From assembly GCF_048593235.1 (NCBI RefSeq), contig NC_133619.1, forward strand, positions 651,598,558 through 651,662,557: a DNA stretch of 64,000 nt, in the 5' to 3' direction. The notes under the pieces are model-generated. The model did no database searches. It was not told the DNA's origin and saw only the letters and a list, made by a program, of their open reading frames with translations. The DNA comes from Sminthopsis crassicaudata (lineage: Eukaryota). The translations under genes were made by a program, and so were the position numbers. Positions 1 to 10,377 of this stretch are shown in pieces (position 1 is the first letter of the stretch; each line of letters opens with the position of its first letter).

Positions 1-500
1 ATCACCTTTGAAGACAAGACAATGATCCAAGATAATTCCCAAGGACTTGGGATAGAAAATGCTATCCACATCTGGAGATGAGAACACTGATGGAGTCTGA
101 TGTAGACTAAACCTACTGATTCTTACTTTATTATTATTATTTTTTGCTGAAGCAATTGGGGTCAAGTGACTTGCCCAGGTTCACCCAGCCAGGAGTGTTA
201 AGTGTCTGTGGCCGGATTTGAACTCAGGTCCTCCTGACTTCAGGCCTGGTGCTCTAACCACTGCATCACCTGACTTCCTCTTTACTTTATTTTTTCATGG
301 TTTTTTTTTTTCCCTTTGGATTTGGGTCTTCTTTTATAACATGATAATATAGTAATATATTTTGCATAATTAAACATGCAAAATCTTTACCAAATTGCTT
401 ACTGTCAGGGAGGGAGGAGAGGATTTGGAACTCAAAATTTAAATAAATGAATGTTAAACATTGACTTTTCCTATAATTGGGGGAAAAATAAAAGTCAATA
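1..500 (+). mobile_element. LINE-1 3' end fragment (marsupial type), interrupted by a SINE
   Basis: Resembles marsupial L1 3' UTR (atgatccaagataattccc...; tttggaactcaaaattt...aataaaa); the same motif set recurs at about 1965-2400 and 58400-58745. Recognised by eye. Confidence 0.6.
139..277 (-). mobile_element. WSINE1-like tRNA-derived SINE
   Basis: Reverse complement has a B-box (ggacctgagttcaaatcc), a ...cacttgaccccaattgcttcagc body and an A-rich tail; homologous to the copy at 60860-61013. Confidence 0.85.
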
Positions 501-774
501 AAGCCATTCTGGCCCCTATGACCCACCTGGCCAAGAGTGGCAGTTCTGGTTAAGTTTGAGCGAAATCCTCCAACGCCCTAGCCCCCACCTTTCCAGGAAC
601 TATGAAACTAGTTTTGTTTTTCTGCCCTTTAAAAACAAGGTGTGATTATCACCACAAACTAAGGAAGGATTAGTCCAAGGCCCGCCCTTGTAAGGCATGT
701 GGCAAGGGCTTAAGGGCTGCCTAAGACCCAAGGGATACCTTCTGGGGAACCCTGTCCTCAGCTGTCCCAAATGC

Positions 775-895
775 AGGAGCTGAATCGCCTTGTATCCCCA
801 CAATGGTGGCCCCCAATCTAGGAGCTGTATCGCTTTGCGTCCCCCCAGTGATGGCTCCCATTCTAGGAGCTGGCTCACCTTGCATCCCCCAATAG
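775..895. repeat. Degenerate 45-bp tandem repeat, about 2.7 copies
   Basis: aggagctg starts at 775, 820 and 865 (exact 45-bp period), followed each time by similar atcgc..tg.atcccc..a.tg.tgg..ccca.tct. Confidence 0.8.
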
Positions 896-1037
896 CAGCT
901 TCTTTCATGGCCCAGGATTCGGGCTTTCTTGTCCAGTGCCAGATTCGCTAGTGGTCAGTGCTGGCCACAGGCTTGGGACAGGCCGAGGCCCGCAACAATC
1001 CTCAGCCCCATTTTCACGTGTCCTAGAGAGTCTAGAG

Positions 1038-1340
1038 CAGGCTTCTTGCATTTTTTCCATTCCAGAAATTTTTACTGCACCCTGGGTATAGAGAAATGTA
1101 AATAAATATTCACATGGAACATTTACTCATAATAAATCAAAGATGTTTATTTTAAAACAATTCTTTGGCATAATTCTACCATTTATTTAAGAGAAAAGCA
1201 AATTAGTATACTGATGAGATGGATATTCTTGTTTATTTTACATACAGAATTAAACCTCAGTGGAAGATTTATATTTTTTAGCATTGCCAGATTTTTATGA
1301 CCCCCATATGGGGTCATGACCCACAATGTAGAAAGCTTTG
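1038..1340. mobile_element. Non-autonomous hAT/Charlie-type DNA transposon (MITE)
   Basis: 8-bp flanking duplication gtctagag (1030-1037) and ttctagag (1341-1348) fits the Charlie NTCTAGAN target. Degenerate terminal inverted repeats (caggcttcttg / rc caaagctttct), AT-rich interior, subterminal hairpin tgacccc-catat-ggggtca. Confidence 0.75.
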
Positions 1341-1729
1341 TTCTAGAGGCACAGGGAGCGTGTTGGGGTTCAAGGGGATTCAGTTTATAGGAGGGTGCTG
1401 GGACGTTCTCTCCCCTTCACTGCTCTGGAGGTGTGCAGGGCTTGGAGGTGACCTCCAGGGGTCATAAACCTCAGAGGGGAAACCCCAGCAGTCCGGGAGA
1501 GCAGCCTGCTCTCCCTCCCAAACAGAGGCCTCCATAAAGTACACCCCCCACTTCTCAGGAATGGGCGTGGGCATGGGCGTGGGGAGGAGGAGGGATAACC
1601 AGGCACTTTTGACAGGTGGCAAAGGCATTAAAGGTTGTTCCTCAACCACTGAGCTCCTGTAAGTCTGCCACTTTCTCCCTATGCCCTTGGAGTGGCTCCT
1701 GATTATGGCTATTCAGCATGAAAACAGAA

Positions 1730-1868
1730 NNNNNNNNNNNNNNNNNNNNNNNNNNNNNNNNNNNNNNNNNNNNNNNNNNNNNNNNNNNNNNNNNNNNNNN
1801 NNNNNNNNNNNNNNNNNNNNNNNNNNNNNNNNNNNNNNNNNNNNNNNNNNNNNNNNNNNNNNNNNNNN
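1730..1868. other. Assembly gap (run of N)
   Basis: 139 consecutive N. Confidence 0.99.
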
Positions 1869-1964
1869 GAAATAAGTACTGTTATTATCCCCATTTTACA
1901 GATGAGAAAACTGAGATTGAGACTGATTCAGCATATATATATATATATATATATGTAAAGTCAC

Positions 1965-2400
1965 ATAGGGATTAAACAAAACCGGGAAGACTTATATGAA
2001 TTGATGCAAAGTGAAGTGAGCAAAACCTGGAGAACATTGTATAGAATAACAGCAAAAAATAAGAATGATTAACTGATCAAGTCAACAGATAATTCCAAAG
2101 GACTCTTGATAAAAAGTCCTATATGCCTCCAGAAAGAAAGCTGATGAATTCTGAATGCAGTTTGAAAAAAGTCTATTTTTAAAGAAAACCTTTCTTTTTA
2201 TTGTTTATATTTTTCTTTTGCAGCATGACAATATGGAATATGTTTTACATGATTTTACATGTATAATAGATGACAAATTGCTTCTCAAAGAAGGGAGAGG
2301 GATAGAAGGAAGGGATTTAATTTGGAATTCAACATTTTTTAAAATTATTGTTAATTTTTTTTTCATGTAATTGGGAAATATTTAACAAAATAAATAAAAA
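1965..2400 (+). mobile_element. LINE-1 3' end fragment
   Basis: gacttatatgaattgatgcaaagtgaagtgagcaaaacc...ttgggaaatatttaacaaaataaataaaaa, typical L1 ORF2 end/3' UTR with A-rich terminus; preceded by a MIR-like fragment (1870-1925) and (AT)n (1933-1954). Confidence 0.7.
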
Positions 2401-2517
2401 TTGTTTATTAAATATAGTTGTGGCTCCCCATGCTAAGGATCTCTGTTCTTGAATTACATGCAAACTGTTTTAAACTGTGACCTTTTATTTAAGATTCTTT
2501 TTTTCCCTTCAGATTCT

Positions 2518-2590
2518 GAGACTGGATCTTCCTCTCTCAGCCAGACTAAAAGTACAGTTTCTATGTCACACGACACTGCTGAATCCACAG
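2518..2590 (-). mobile_element. Degenerate 7SL RNA-derived fragment (3' part)
   Basis: gagactggatcttcctctctcagccagactaaaagtacagtttctatgtcaca...cactgctga aligns by eye with the reverse complement of the 7SL 3' end (GAGACGGGGTCTCGCTATGTTGCCCAGGCTGGAGTGCAGTGGCTATTCACA...CACTACTGA); an oligo-T run lies about 15 nt upstream. Confidence 0.5.
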
Positions 2591-2899
2591 TATGTTGGAA
2601 GCAGCATCTCCTTGTCTAATCAGTCAGTTCCTAATGGTCGGCTTACCATTTCAGGTGTCTCCAGTTTCCGAATGCTGGCTGGTACCTGGAGACCATCAAA
2701 GAAAGGCAGCAGGTGAACCTTAGCTTGCCAGCCATTGCCCTTAGACTGATACTTGGCCAGTGCAAATTGGGGTGCCCTAGTGCACAGAGGTGGGGTGTGG
2801 AGTCTGGTGAGATGAATTTGCTTTGGCTCTCCATGGACTGCTAGTACTTTCGCTCGCTGCCCCCGTTTTCTCAGACCCTGAATGTGAAGAGGCCTTCAG

Positions 2900-4530
2900 A
2901 ACCCTCTGCTTCCCCCGGGGGCTCTCGGCTCCCTCTCCAACACATGGAGGACTCTGTTCCACCCCATCTTCTCCAGAAGGCCTCCTTCCATCTCACTCAC
3001 ACTTTCACTGTTGCCCACAAACCTGACAGTGTCTCCTCCACCCTCACAAAACCGCCACTTGAGCCCTCCATCCCCATTCTTTCATTTTTAAAGCTTTTTC
3101 AATTTTCAAAACATATACATTAGTTTTCAATATTAACCTTGCAAAACCTTGTGTTCCAATTTGCCCACCCCATGCCCCAGATGGCAAGCAGTCCAGTATA
3201 TGTTAAACTGGGTATAAGTATACTCCACCCCACTTCTTATGCCATCTCTGTTCTCCTAATTATAGTAAAGGGCTTGGTAAGGCTTCCTATAACAGCCTCT
3301 CCTCTCATTCTCTTAATTCTCCTGGGTTTCCAATGCCATCACTCCTCCAGGAGGACTCTGCAAAGTCCCTGATAGTCTCCTCTGGCCAGATCCAGTGACT
3401 TTTCCTCCAGCCTCATTCTCCCGAGCTTCTTCTGCCCTTGACGTCCCAATGCCTTCTTTTCCTTGCTCCTGTCCCCCGTTTTTACATCCCTCTCCCCCAT
3501 TCTCCTTTTATCCGGCCGACTACTCCTTGGTCTCCTTGGCCAGGCCTTCAGCCCTGCCATGGATGCCAACCAGGACACCCCCCAGACTTCTTTTTTCCCT
3601 CTGGATTCCACTTGGGGATCTCCTCACTCCCACGGACCCCCAAGGCTGATGATTCTCAGATCTGCCCATTCTGCCCCAATCTCTGTTCCAGCTTCGCCTC
3701 TCACATCCCTACCCACCTTTCATCTCTTATGGCTGAAGGTAGCATTTCTAACACAACATTAAATAGTAATGGTGATAGTGGGCAACCTTGATCTTATTGG
3801 GAATGGTTCCAGTTTATCCCCATTACATATTTGCTTACTAATGGTTTTAAATAGATGTTACTATTTTAAGGAAGAGTCTCTAGTGTCTTTAATAGGAGTG
3901 GATGTTGGATTTTATCAAATGCTTTTTCTGCATCTATGGAGATGATTATATGGTTTTTGTTAATTTGGTTATTGATAGAGTCGGTTTATGCTAATAGTTT
4001 TCCTAATTTGAACCAGTTCTGCATTCCTGGTATAAATCCAACTTGTTCATAGTGTAATATCCTGGGGATGATTTTCTGTATCTCTTTGCTAATATTTTAT
4101 TTAAGATTTTAGCATCAATATTTATTAGGGAGATTGGTCTATAATTTTCTTTCTCTGTTTTCATCCTTACTTGGTTTAGGTATTAATACCATGTCTGTGT
4201 CATAAAAGGAATTTGGTAAGAGTTCTTCATTCCCTATTTTTCCAAGTAGTTTATATAGCATTGGGGCTAATTGTTCTTTAAATGTGTGGTAGTATTCTCA
4301 TGGAAATCTATCTAATCCTGGGGATTTTTGGAGGGGAGCAGATTAATAACGCGTTCTATTTTTTTTTTTTTTTTCTAAAATGCCTACCTGCCTTAAAAGC
4401 TCCAGTAGAGCTTTTAAATTCAGTGTGGCCAAAGCGGACCACCTTCTCCTTCCCTCCAAACCCACTGGGGCTCCCCAGCTGTCCTTTGACTGTGGGGGTA
4501 CCAGTGCTCGGCTGATCATCCCATCCAAGG
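2900..4530 (+). mobile_element. LINE-2 ORF2 remnant broken by two antisense L1 insertions
   Basis: Three collinear L2-like pieces (about 2900-3085, 3230-3740, 4380-4530). The RT motif is still readable as ADDSQI...[16 protein letters not shown] in ORF 3438..3791. Confidence 0.7.
3745..4345 (-). mobile_element. LINE-1 ORF2 (RT region) fragment, antisense, nested in L2
   Basis: atttctaacacaacattaaatagtaatggtgatagtgggcaaccttg...ttttatcaaatgctttttctgcatctat...gagattggtctataattttctttctctg is classic antisense L1 ORF2; smaller antisense L1 3' UTR pieces at about 3085-3215 and 4640-4740. Confidence 0.85.
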
Positions 4531-6299
4531 GCCCAGTTTCACCTCCACAACATCTTTCAGCACCTCAGGAAAAAGTTTTGCAAAAAGGCTCTCTTTTCTC
4601 CTCTGAAAAAACAAGAGTTCCTTGAACCTTTTCTTTTTCTTAAAATATACTATTATATTTTCTCCCATTGACACAGTTCCTAAACATTTTTTAAAAGTTT
4701 TGTGTTCCCAATTCTATCCTTCCCTCCCGCTTTCGCCTTTTTGTGAATCCCCTGAGAAAGCCCAGTGCTCAGGAAGCGTTTATTGGTGACTGAAGGGCTG
4801 CCCCCGTGCTGGCTCAGGCCCCCATCCCCTCAGACCTGGGAGGCTGGAGCCTTCAGTGGGCTGGAGGTCTCTCAGAGTCAGGGCTCTGTGCGTGCAAAGA
4901 TCCCAACTAGGACTGACTGGCAAAGGCAGGATGAACAGAAAGGCCCTTTATCTCGATGGGGCAGTCCCTCTGCCACAAAGTGGCCCATTTCACAGAAGTC
5001 AGAAGCGCAGCGTAAGTTGAGGGTTACAGAAACCCTATTCGCCTCCAAGATCCTGTGAATCCTTTTAAAACCATTGGCCAACCCGACCTTTACTCCAGAT
5101 TTGTCTCTGGGGTGTGGGTGGCCTTTGGGGAGCCGGGTCTCGGTTAAGCAATAAATGCTTAAGAAGAAGGGTCTGCCCTGCTTCAAAGGTAAGAAATCAG
5201 TATTCCGGGCGGGGTTAAAGGTCCCTGAATCGCCGAGCCTGGGACTGAGGGCTATCAGTCTGTTTCAGGCTTTTCTCAGTCAGCCTGCACCGGGCTGGGA
5301 CTTCTGGGGGCCATCAAACAATGGCTCAGGTTTCCTAAGCAGATGAGTCAAGGTCGGGGCTTCTCTTACATGCGGTTTTCTCCCAGAGCCTCAGGATGGA
5401 GCAGGCCCTTGGCTGAGTCTTGGGCTACTCTAGACTCCATATTGGAGAAGTCCTCAGTTTCCCCTTTCACTCAGGAGTCCCCTCACGCCCAGGTCTGACC
5501 CCCCCCATCCCCACCCCCACCCCCCTGCAATAACCTCCTGCATCCAATGGTGTTCGAAGCTCTCAACGTGCCCCACTCCCCCCCCCCCCCTCTTCTTGGA
5601 CTGGAAAAGTGTGGGAAGGATGGAAACACTTCCCCTGCCCCCCCATTTGGGGCACTTTCCCCGGCATCCCCCAAGCCTGGAATCTCCCCCTTGGCTTTTG
5701 TGGTTCCCTTCCCTTTCCCACAAATAGCCAGAAAGCGGCCCTGACCCCTGCTAATTCGGGACTTCACCTCGGTTAATTATTTCCTGTCTCTGTGTGTTTA
5801 GCTTGCAAGTTCCCAGCAAGCTGTCACCCATGAGCCCCAGGAGGGGAGGGAAGGGCTTTCTCCTTTCTTCTCTGGCCAGGCACACAGAAGGTGCTTAATG
5901 CATGCAGATTGCCTCCGACCTGCACAAACTCACTGATTTTATTCTGATCACAGTCTGAGTGGGGGCTGCCTCTCACTTTCCCCCTTGGCGATCCCAAAGC
6001 CAGGGAACAGCTGTGGGCTTCCTGGGGAGGGATGGCAAGGGTGTCCCCAGGGCCTCCCTATCCCGCCTGGGGCCCCAGAGGCGGCAGGCTCCCAGCCGGG
6101 TCCCAGCTTCTGGGCTGATGGCCAGAGCTGCGAACGAACGAATGTGGGTCCTTCTGGGGCCTCGGTACCGCCCGTCCGGCTGCCACTCCCAGCTCCTGCT
6201 GGCCTCCGCTCCTGACTTTCTGGGGCTCAAGAGCATTTCCCGGTGTTTTCCGGCCATGCCTCACTCTGTGAGCCCATGTAGTTTTTCTTGGCAGAGGTA

Positions 6300-6395
6300 C
6301 TTCCTCAGCTCATTTTACAGATGGGGAAACTGAGGCAAACAGGGTCACACAGCCAGCAAATGTCTGAGGCGAGATTTGAACTCAGGATCGTGGCT
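6300..6395 (-). mobile_element. CORE-SINE (MIR/Mar-type) fragment
   Basis: cattttacagatggggaaactgaggc...gtcacacagccagcaaatgtctgaggcgagatttgaactcagg. Similar fragments at about 15720-15840, 27360-27400, 39410-39460, 44760-44900, 47170-47300, 48140-48260, 51800-52080, 54400-54530 and 56340-56450. Confidence 0.75.
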
Positions 6396-6761
6396 ATCTC
6401 TAAGGACATTCGCTGAAGACAGAAAGAAGAAATCCAGAAGCCACAGGAAGGTGGAGCGTGCGGGGGCCAAGAAAGGCCGAGGCATGGCTCCCCAGGGAGG
6501 GGACCAGTCTCTGCCTCCAGCTCCAGGGAGTGGAAGGAGTGAGTCAGGCCGGAGCGGCGGCTGACTAATCCTTCTGGACCCAGCCCAGGCTTCCTCTTCA
6601 GCAAGTCCCGGTCCTGGGCGGTTCCGGCCCACGTGGGCTTCTGCACTGGCCGGAAACCGGCTCATGTGTGAATCATTTACCTAGTGTGCCCAGGAAGGGT
6701 GGAGGCCAGTCCGAGGCAAATGCTTCCCTTAGGGAGAGGCCCTGGAAAGAATTCATTCCCA

Positions 6762-8128
6762 GGCTGTCCTCCCTCCCTCCCAGACTGTGCTCCACCTGCT
6801 TCCCAAACTGTGCTCCACCTGCCTCCTTCCCAGACTGTCCTCTCCTCCCAAACAGACTGTCCTCCACCTGCCTCCAGGATTGTCCTCCACCTGCCTCCAA
6901 GACTGCTCCACCTGCCTCCTTCCCAGGCTGTCCTCCCTCCCTCCCAGACTGTCCTCCACCTGCCTCCAAGATTGTCCTCCACCTGCCTCTAAGACTGTGC
7001 TCCACCTGCCTCCCAAACTGTGCTCCACCTGCCTCCTTCCCAGACTGTCCTCCCCTCCCAAACAGACTGTCCTCCACCTGCCTCCAAGACTGTGCTCCAC
7101 CTGCCCCCCAGACTGTCTACCACCTGCCTCCAGGATTGTCCTCCACCTGCCTCCCAGACTGTCCTCCACCTGCCTCCAAGACTGTGCTCCACCTGCTTCC
7201 CAAACTGTGCTCCACCTGCCTCCTTCCCAGACTATCCTCCCCTCCCAAGCAGACTGTCCTCCACCTGCCCCCCAGACTGTCTACCACCTGCCTCCAGGAT
7301 TGTCCTCCACCTGCCTCCCAGACTGTCCTCCACCTCCCTCCCAGACTGTGCTCCACCTGCTTCCCAAACTGTGCTCCACCTGCCTCCTTCCCAGACTATC
7401 CTCCCCTCCCAAGCAGACTGTCCTCCACCTGCCTCCAGGATTGTCCTCCACCTGCCTCCAAGACTGCTCCACCTGCCTCCTTCCCAGGCTGTCCTCCCTC
7501 CCTCACTGTCCTCCACCTGCCTCCAAGATTGTCCCCCACCTGCCTCCAAACTGTGCTCCACCTGCCTCCCAAACTGTGCTCCACCTGCCTCCTTCCCAGA
7601 CTGTCCTCCCCTCCCAACCAGCCTGTCCTCCACCTGCCTCCAGGATTGTCCTCCACCTGCCTCCAAGACTGCTCCACCTGCCTCCTTCCCAGGCTGTCCT
7701 CCCTCCCTCACTGTCCTCCACCTGCCTCCAAGATTGTCCCCCACCTGCCTCCAAAACTGTGCTCCACCTGCCTCCCAAACTGTGCTCCACTTGCCTCCTT
7801 CCCAGACTGTCCTCCCCTCCCAACCAGACTGTCCTCCACCTGCCCTCCAGGATTGTCCTCCACCTGCCTCCAGGATTGTCCTCCACCTGCCTCCCAGACT
7901 GTCCTCCACCTGCCTCCAAGACTGTGCTCCACCTGCCTCCCAGACTGTCCTCCACCTGCCTCCAAGACTGTGCTCCACCTGCTTCCCAAACTGTGCTCCA
8001 CCTGCCTCCTTCCCAGACTGTCCTCCCCTCCCAAACAGACTGTCCTCCACCTGCCTCCAAGACTGTGCTCCACCTGCCTCCTTCCCAGACTGTCCTCCCC
8101 TCCCAAACAGACTGTGCTCCACCTGCCT
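6762..8128. repeat. GC-rich composite minisatellite (about 22-25-bp subunits, core ctccacctgcctcc)
   Basis: Dozens of variants of (ag)actgt(g/c)ctccacctgcctcc(c)a; explains the repetitive ORFs 6668..8173, 6787..8148 and 7020..8132. Confidence 0.97.
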
Positions 8129-8299
8129 CTGACCCAGAAAAGCCATAGAACAAGATCCGCTTCTTGGCAATGACAGACCCGAAGCTAAGTGAGCAGAACC
8201 GCCAGGGTGTTGCCAGGGCGACAAGTACTGGACTGCCCCAGTCTGAGGAAGGGGGGGGATCTGAGCCCAGGATTTTTCTAGGGGATGTGAAAAGCAGCG

Positions 8300-10200
8300 C
8301 GTTAGAAATGCGAGCGCTGGGATGAGGCGCGGTCCTGGGTTTCGGACGCTCCCCGTGCAGTCCCCACGAGGCCGGCTGCGGGGTCTGAGGGGAGGCTCAG
8401 TCTCTCCACCTGCTAAATGGGCCATTAGCTCTTCCGTTAGCGGCCCGAGGCCTGGGCGTGCTCCTCCTGCAGCTTTAACCCCTGGGGGCCGTTTCCTGCA
8501 GGTCACTAGGCAGTTTTGTCACTCGAGGGCCGGCTCAGGGCCGGACCCTTTGGCTGGGCCTTGGGGCCGTTGGGAGTGAGCGGCCGGCCAGAGAGCTCGG
8601 GCCACAGGGGAGAGCCGCAGGGCCGGACGCGCTCCCTCCCCAGAGGACCAGGGTCTCGGCTCTGAACGCCCCAGGCCGGCACCCTTCGGCCGCTCCCCGG
8701 CCCTCGCCAGGGGGGCTCGCTTGTGTTGTCCGGCTGAGCGGCCCGAGAGCCCACGGAGCCCGGCCCCTGGCGGGGCAAGGCCAGAGATTCAGACACTCCC
8801 AAAGTGAGGCTTCGCCCCGGCCCGATCCCGGGTCCACAAACTCCCCTCGGCGCCCGCTTCTCGCGGGGATCTCCGCCGGCCGGGAAGGCTTCCCAGAAAG
8901 GCCTTTCTGCCCGTGGGGCGGCCTCCGGGAGCAGCACCCACCTGGAAAACTCCACCCGCCCCCCGGAGACCGGGGCCTAAACCTTCGGGGTCTGGGCGGC
9001 CCCTGGGCGCCATCTTGGGCTCTCCCGGCTCCGCGGTCCACGGATGCCGTGGGATTTGGCTCAGAAGCAGCGTCCGTCGCCGCCGGGTTCCCGCGGCTTT
9101 GCCCCCCGTGTGCCGTGGAAGGGCCCAGGGCTCTTGGTGCAGCACAGAGACTGTCTTTTGCACACAGTAGGTACTTAATAAATGCTTGCTGACTGACGAT
9201 GAGGAGCCGCCCTGACACTGCTTGCTCCTTCCCAGGAATCCCCGCAGATAGCCTGGGCAGAGACTGGACTCCCCCCCGGGAGAAGGGACCCTTTTCTCCA
9301 AGCTGGCTCGGAAAGGCTCCTGAGGAAGTGGGGGGCTCCGGGAGGCACCCCGACTTTCTGGTGGTCTGGGGGCTTGGCAGCAGAGGATGCTGTGACCAGG
9401 TTTACTTGGGGTAAGGGAACCCCCTGGCTCACCACGGACGTCCTGAGCCCAAAGCAAAGGGGACACGGAGCCCTAACTTTGTCCCCCTGTGGCCCCAAAG
9501 GGGCGGGTTTGCCAGGGGAGTGGGGAGTACCGATGGGGGGAAGCCCAAACACGGGGGCTCGTGACCCCGTGCTCCAGGTGAGCCGGAGCGGTGACCGAGG
9601 ACCCGTAAGTACCAGGCGGGGGCGCCGACGCTCTGGGCCCTGACCGGAAGCCCCCGCAGCGCCTGCGGTGCCAGTTTGAGGCTCCTTGGGAAGGTCACAG
9701 AGCAGAACCAAGGCAGACCTTGGGGGGTCAGGGAGGGCGCCAGACCTACGGGGAGCAGCTCCTGTGCCCCAGATTAGGAGCTCTCCCACCTTCCCCGCCA
9801 CCTCCCTCCACTTCGGCCCCAAGACCGGAGGAAGTCGTGGCCCCGGAAAGGGGTCGCCAGGGCCCAAGGAGCCGTCCCGCCCCGGCTCAGCCGCCTGCTT
9901 GGGGGGGGCGAAGCTCTCCTTGGACCCTGGCTGGTCACTAACGTACCGCTGTCCGCGGTCAGTCCCCTCTCCGGGTCACCACTCGCCGGCCAAGGCCAAG
10001 CGCAGAACCTCGGGCACCGGCTTCTCGGGGCTCGGCTGCTGGAAGCCCCCCCCGCGCCCACCGCGCACTCCACCAGGTGCTTACACCTCCGCCGTCGTCC
10101 ACGGCCATCGGCCCGCCCCCTCCCAAGAAGGAGGCGCCCCCGGCTCTTACAAACGGCTCTTTATTTCCGGCCTTCAGACACCGTGGACAGAAAGTCCCTG
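8300..10200. promoter_or_regulatory. CpG island downstream of TRPM4 (probable promoter)
   Basis: Dense CpG, YY1-like gcgccatcttgg (9007-9018), GAS-type TTCCCAGAA (8890-8898) and GC boxes; short L2 3' end at about 9160-9195. Confidence 0.65.
10160..10165 (-). terminator. TRPM4: TRPM4 polyadenylation signal AATAAA
   Basis: tttatt on + strand, about 210 nt beyond the TRPM4 stop codon. Confidence 0.75.
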
Positions 10201-10377
10201 AGAGGTCCCGGGGTCCGGGGCTTTCTGGACCCATCTTGTTCCCGCCCCGTTGGGTAGGGTTAGGGGTCACTCTCGCTTGGACCTCCGGGGAGGAGGGAGG
10301 CACCTGGTGGTGGTCCTGGAGACCAGGAGTGGAGGGGCCGGGGGTCCCTGAGTCCTCTGGGTCCGTCCCCGAGGGGC

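Larger units (their letters stand above)
4779..9013 (-). other. Candidate unrecognised 4-exon transcript (lncRNA or micropeptide gene)
   Basis: CpG-island start with CAAGATGGCG (YY1-like motif, good Kozak) ATG at 9013. Exon 1 ends at 8942 (CAG|gtgggt) or 8983 (AAG|gtttag); exon 2 8242-8123 (cccccccccttcctcag| ... CAG|gtggag); exon 3 6741-6681 (ttctttccag| ... TAG|gtaaat); exon 4 from 6412 (tttcttctttctgtcttcag|); AATAAA at 4784-4779. No homolog recognised. Confidence 0.4.

Noticed and set aside
2823-3026. ORF with a signal-peptide-like start (MALHGLLVLSLAAPVFS)
   Set aside because: TTG start, and most of it lies within an L2 remnant; no supporting splice structure.
6668-8506. Long ORFs of 370-501 aa on both strands
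   Set aside because: They are translations of the minisatellite: open in several frames and on both strands, repetitive, with no domain signature.
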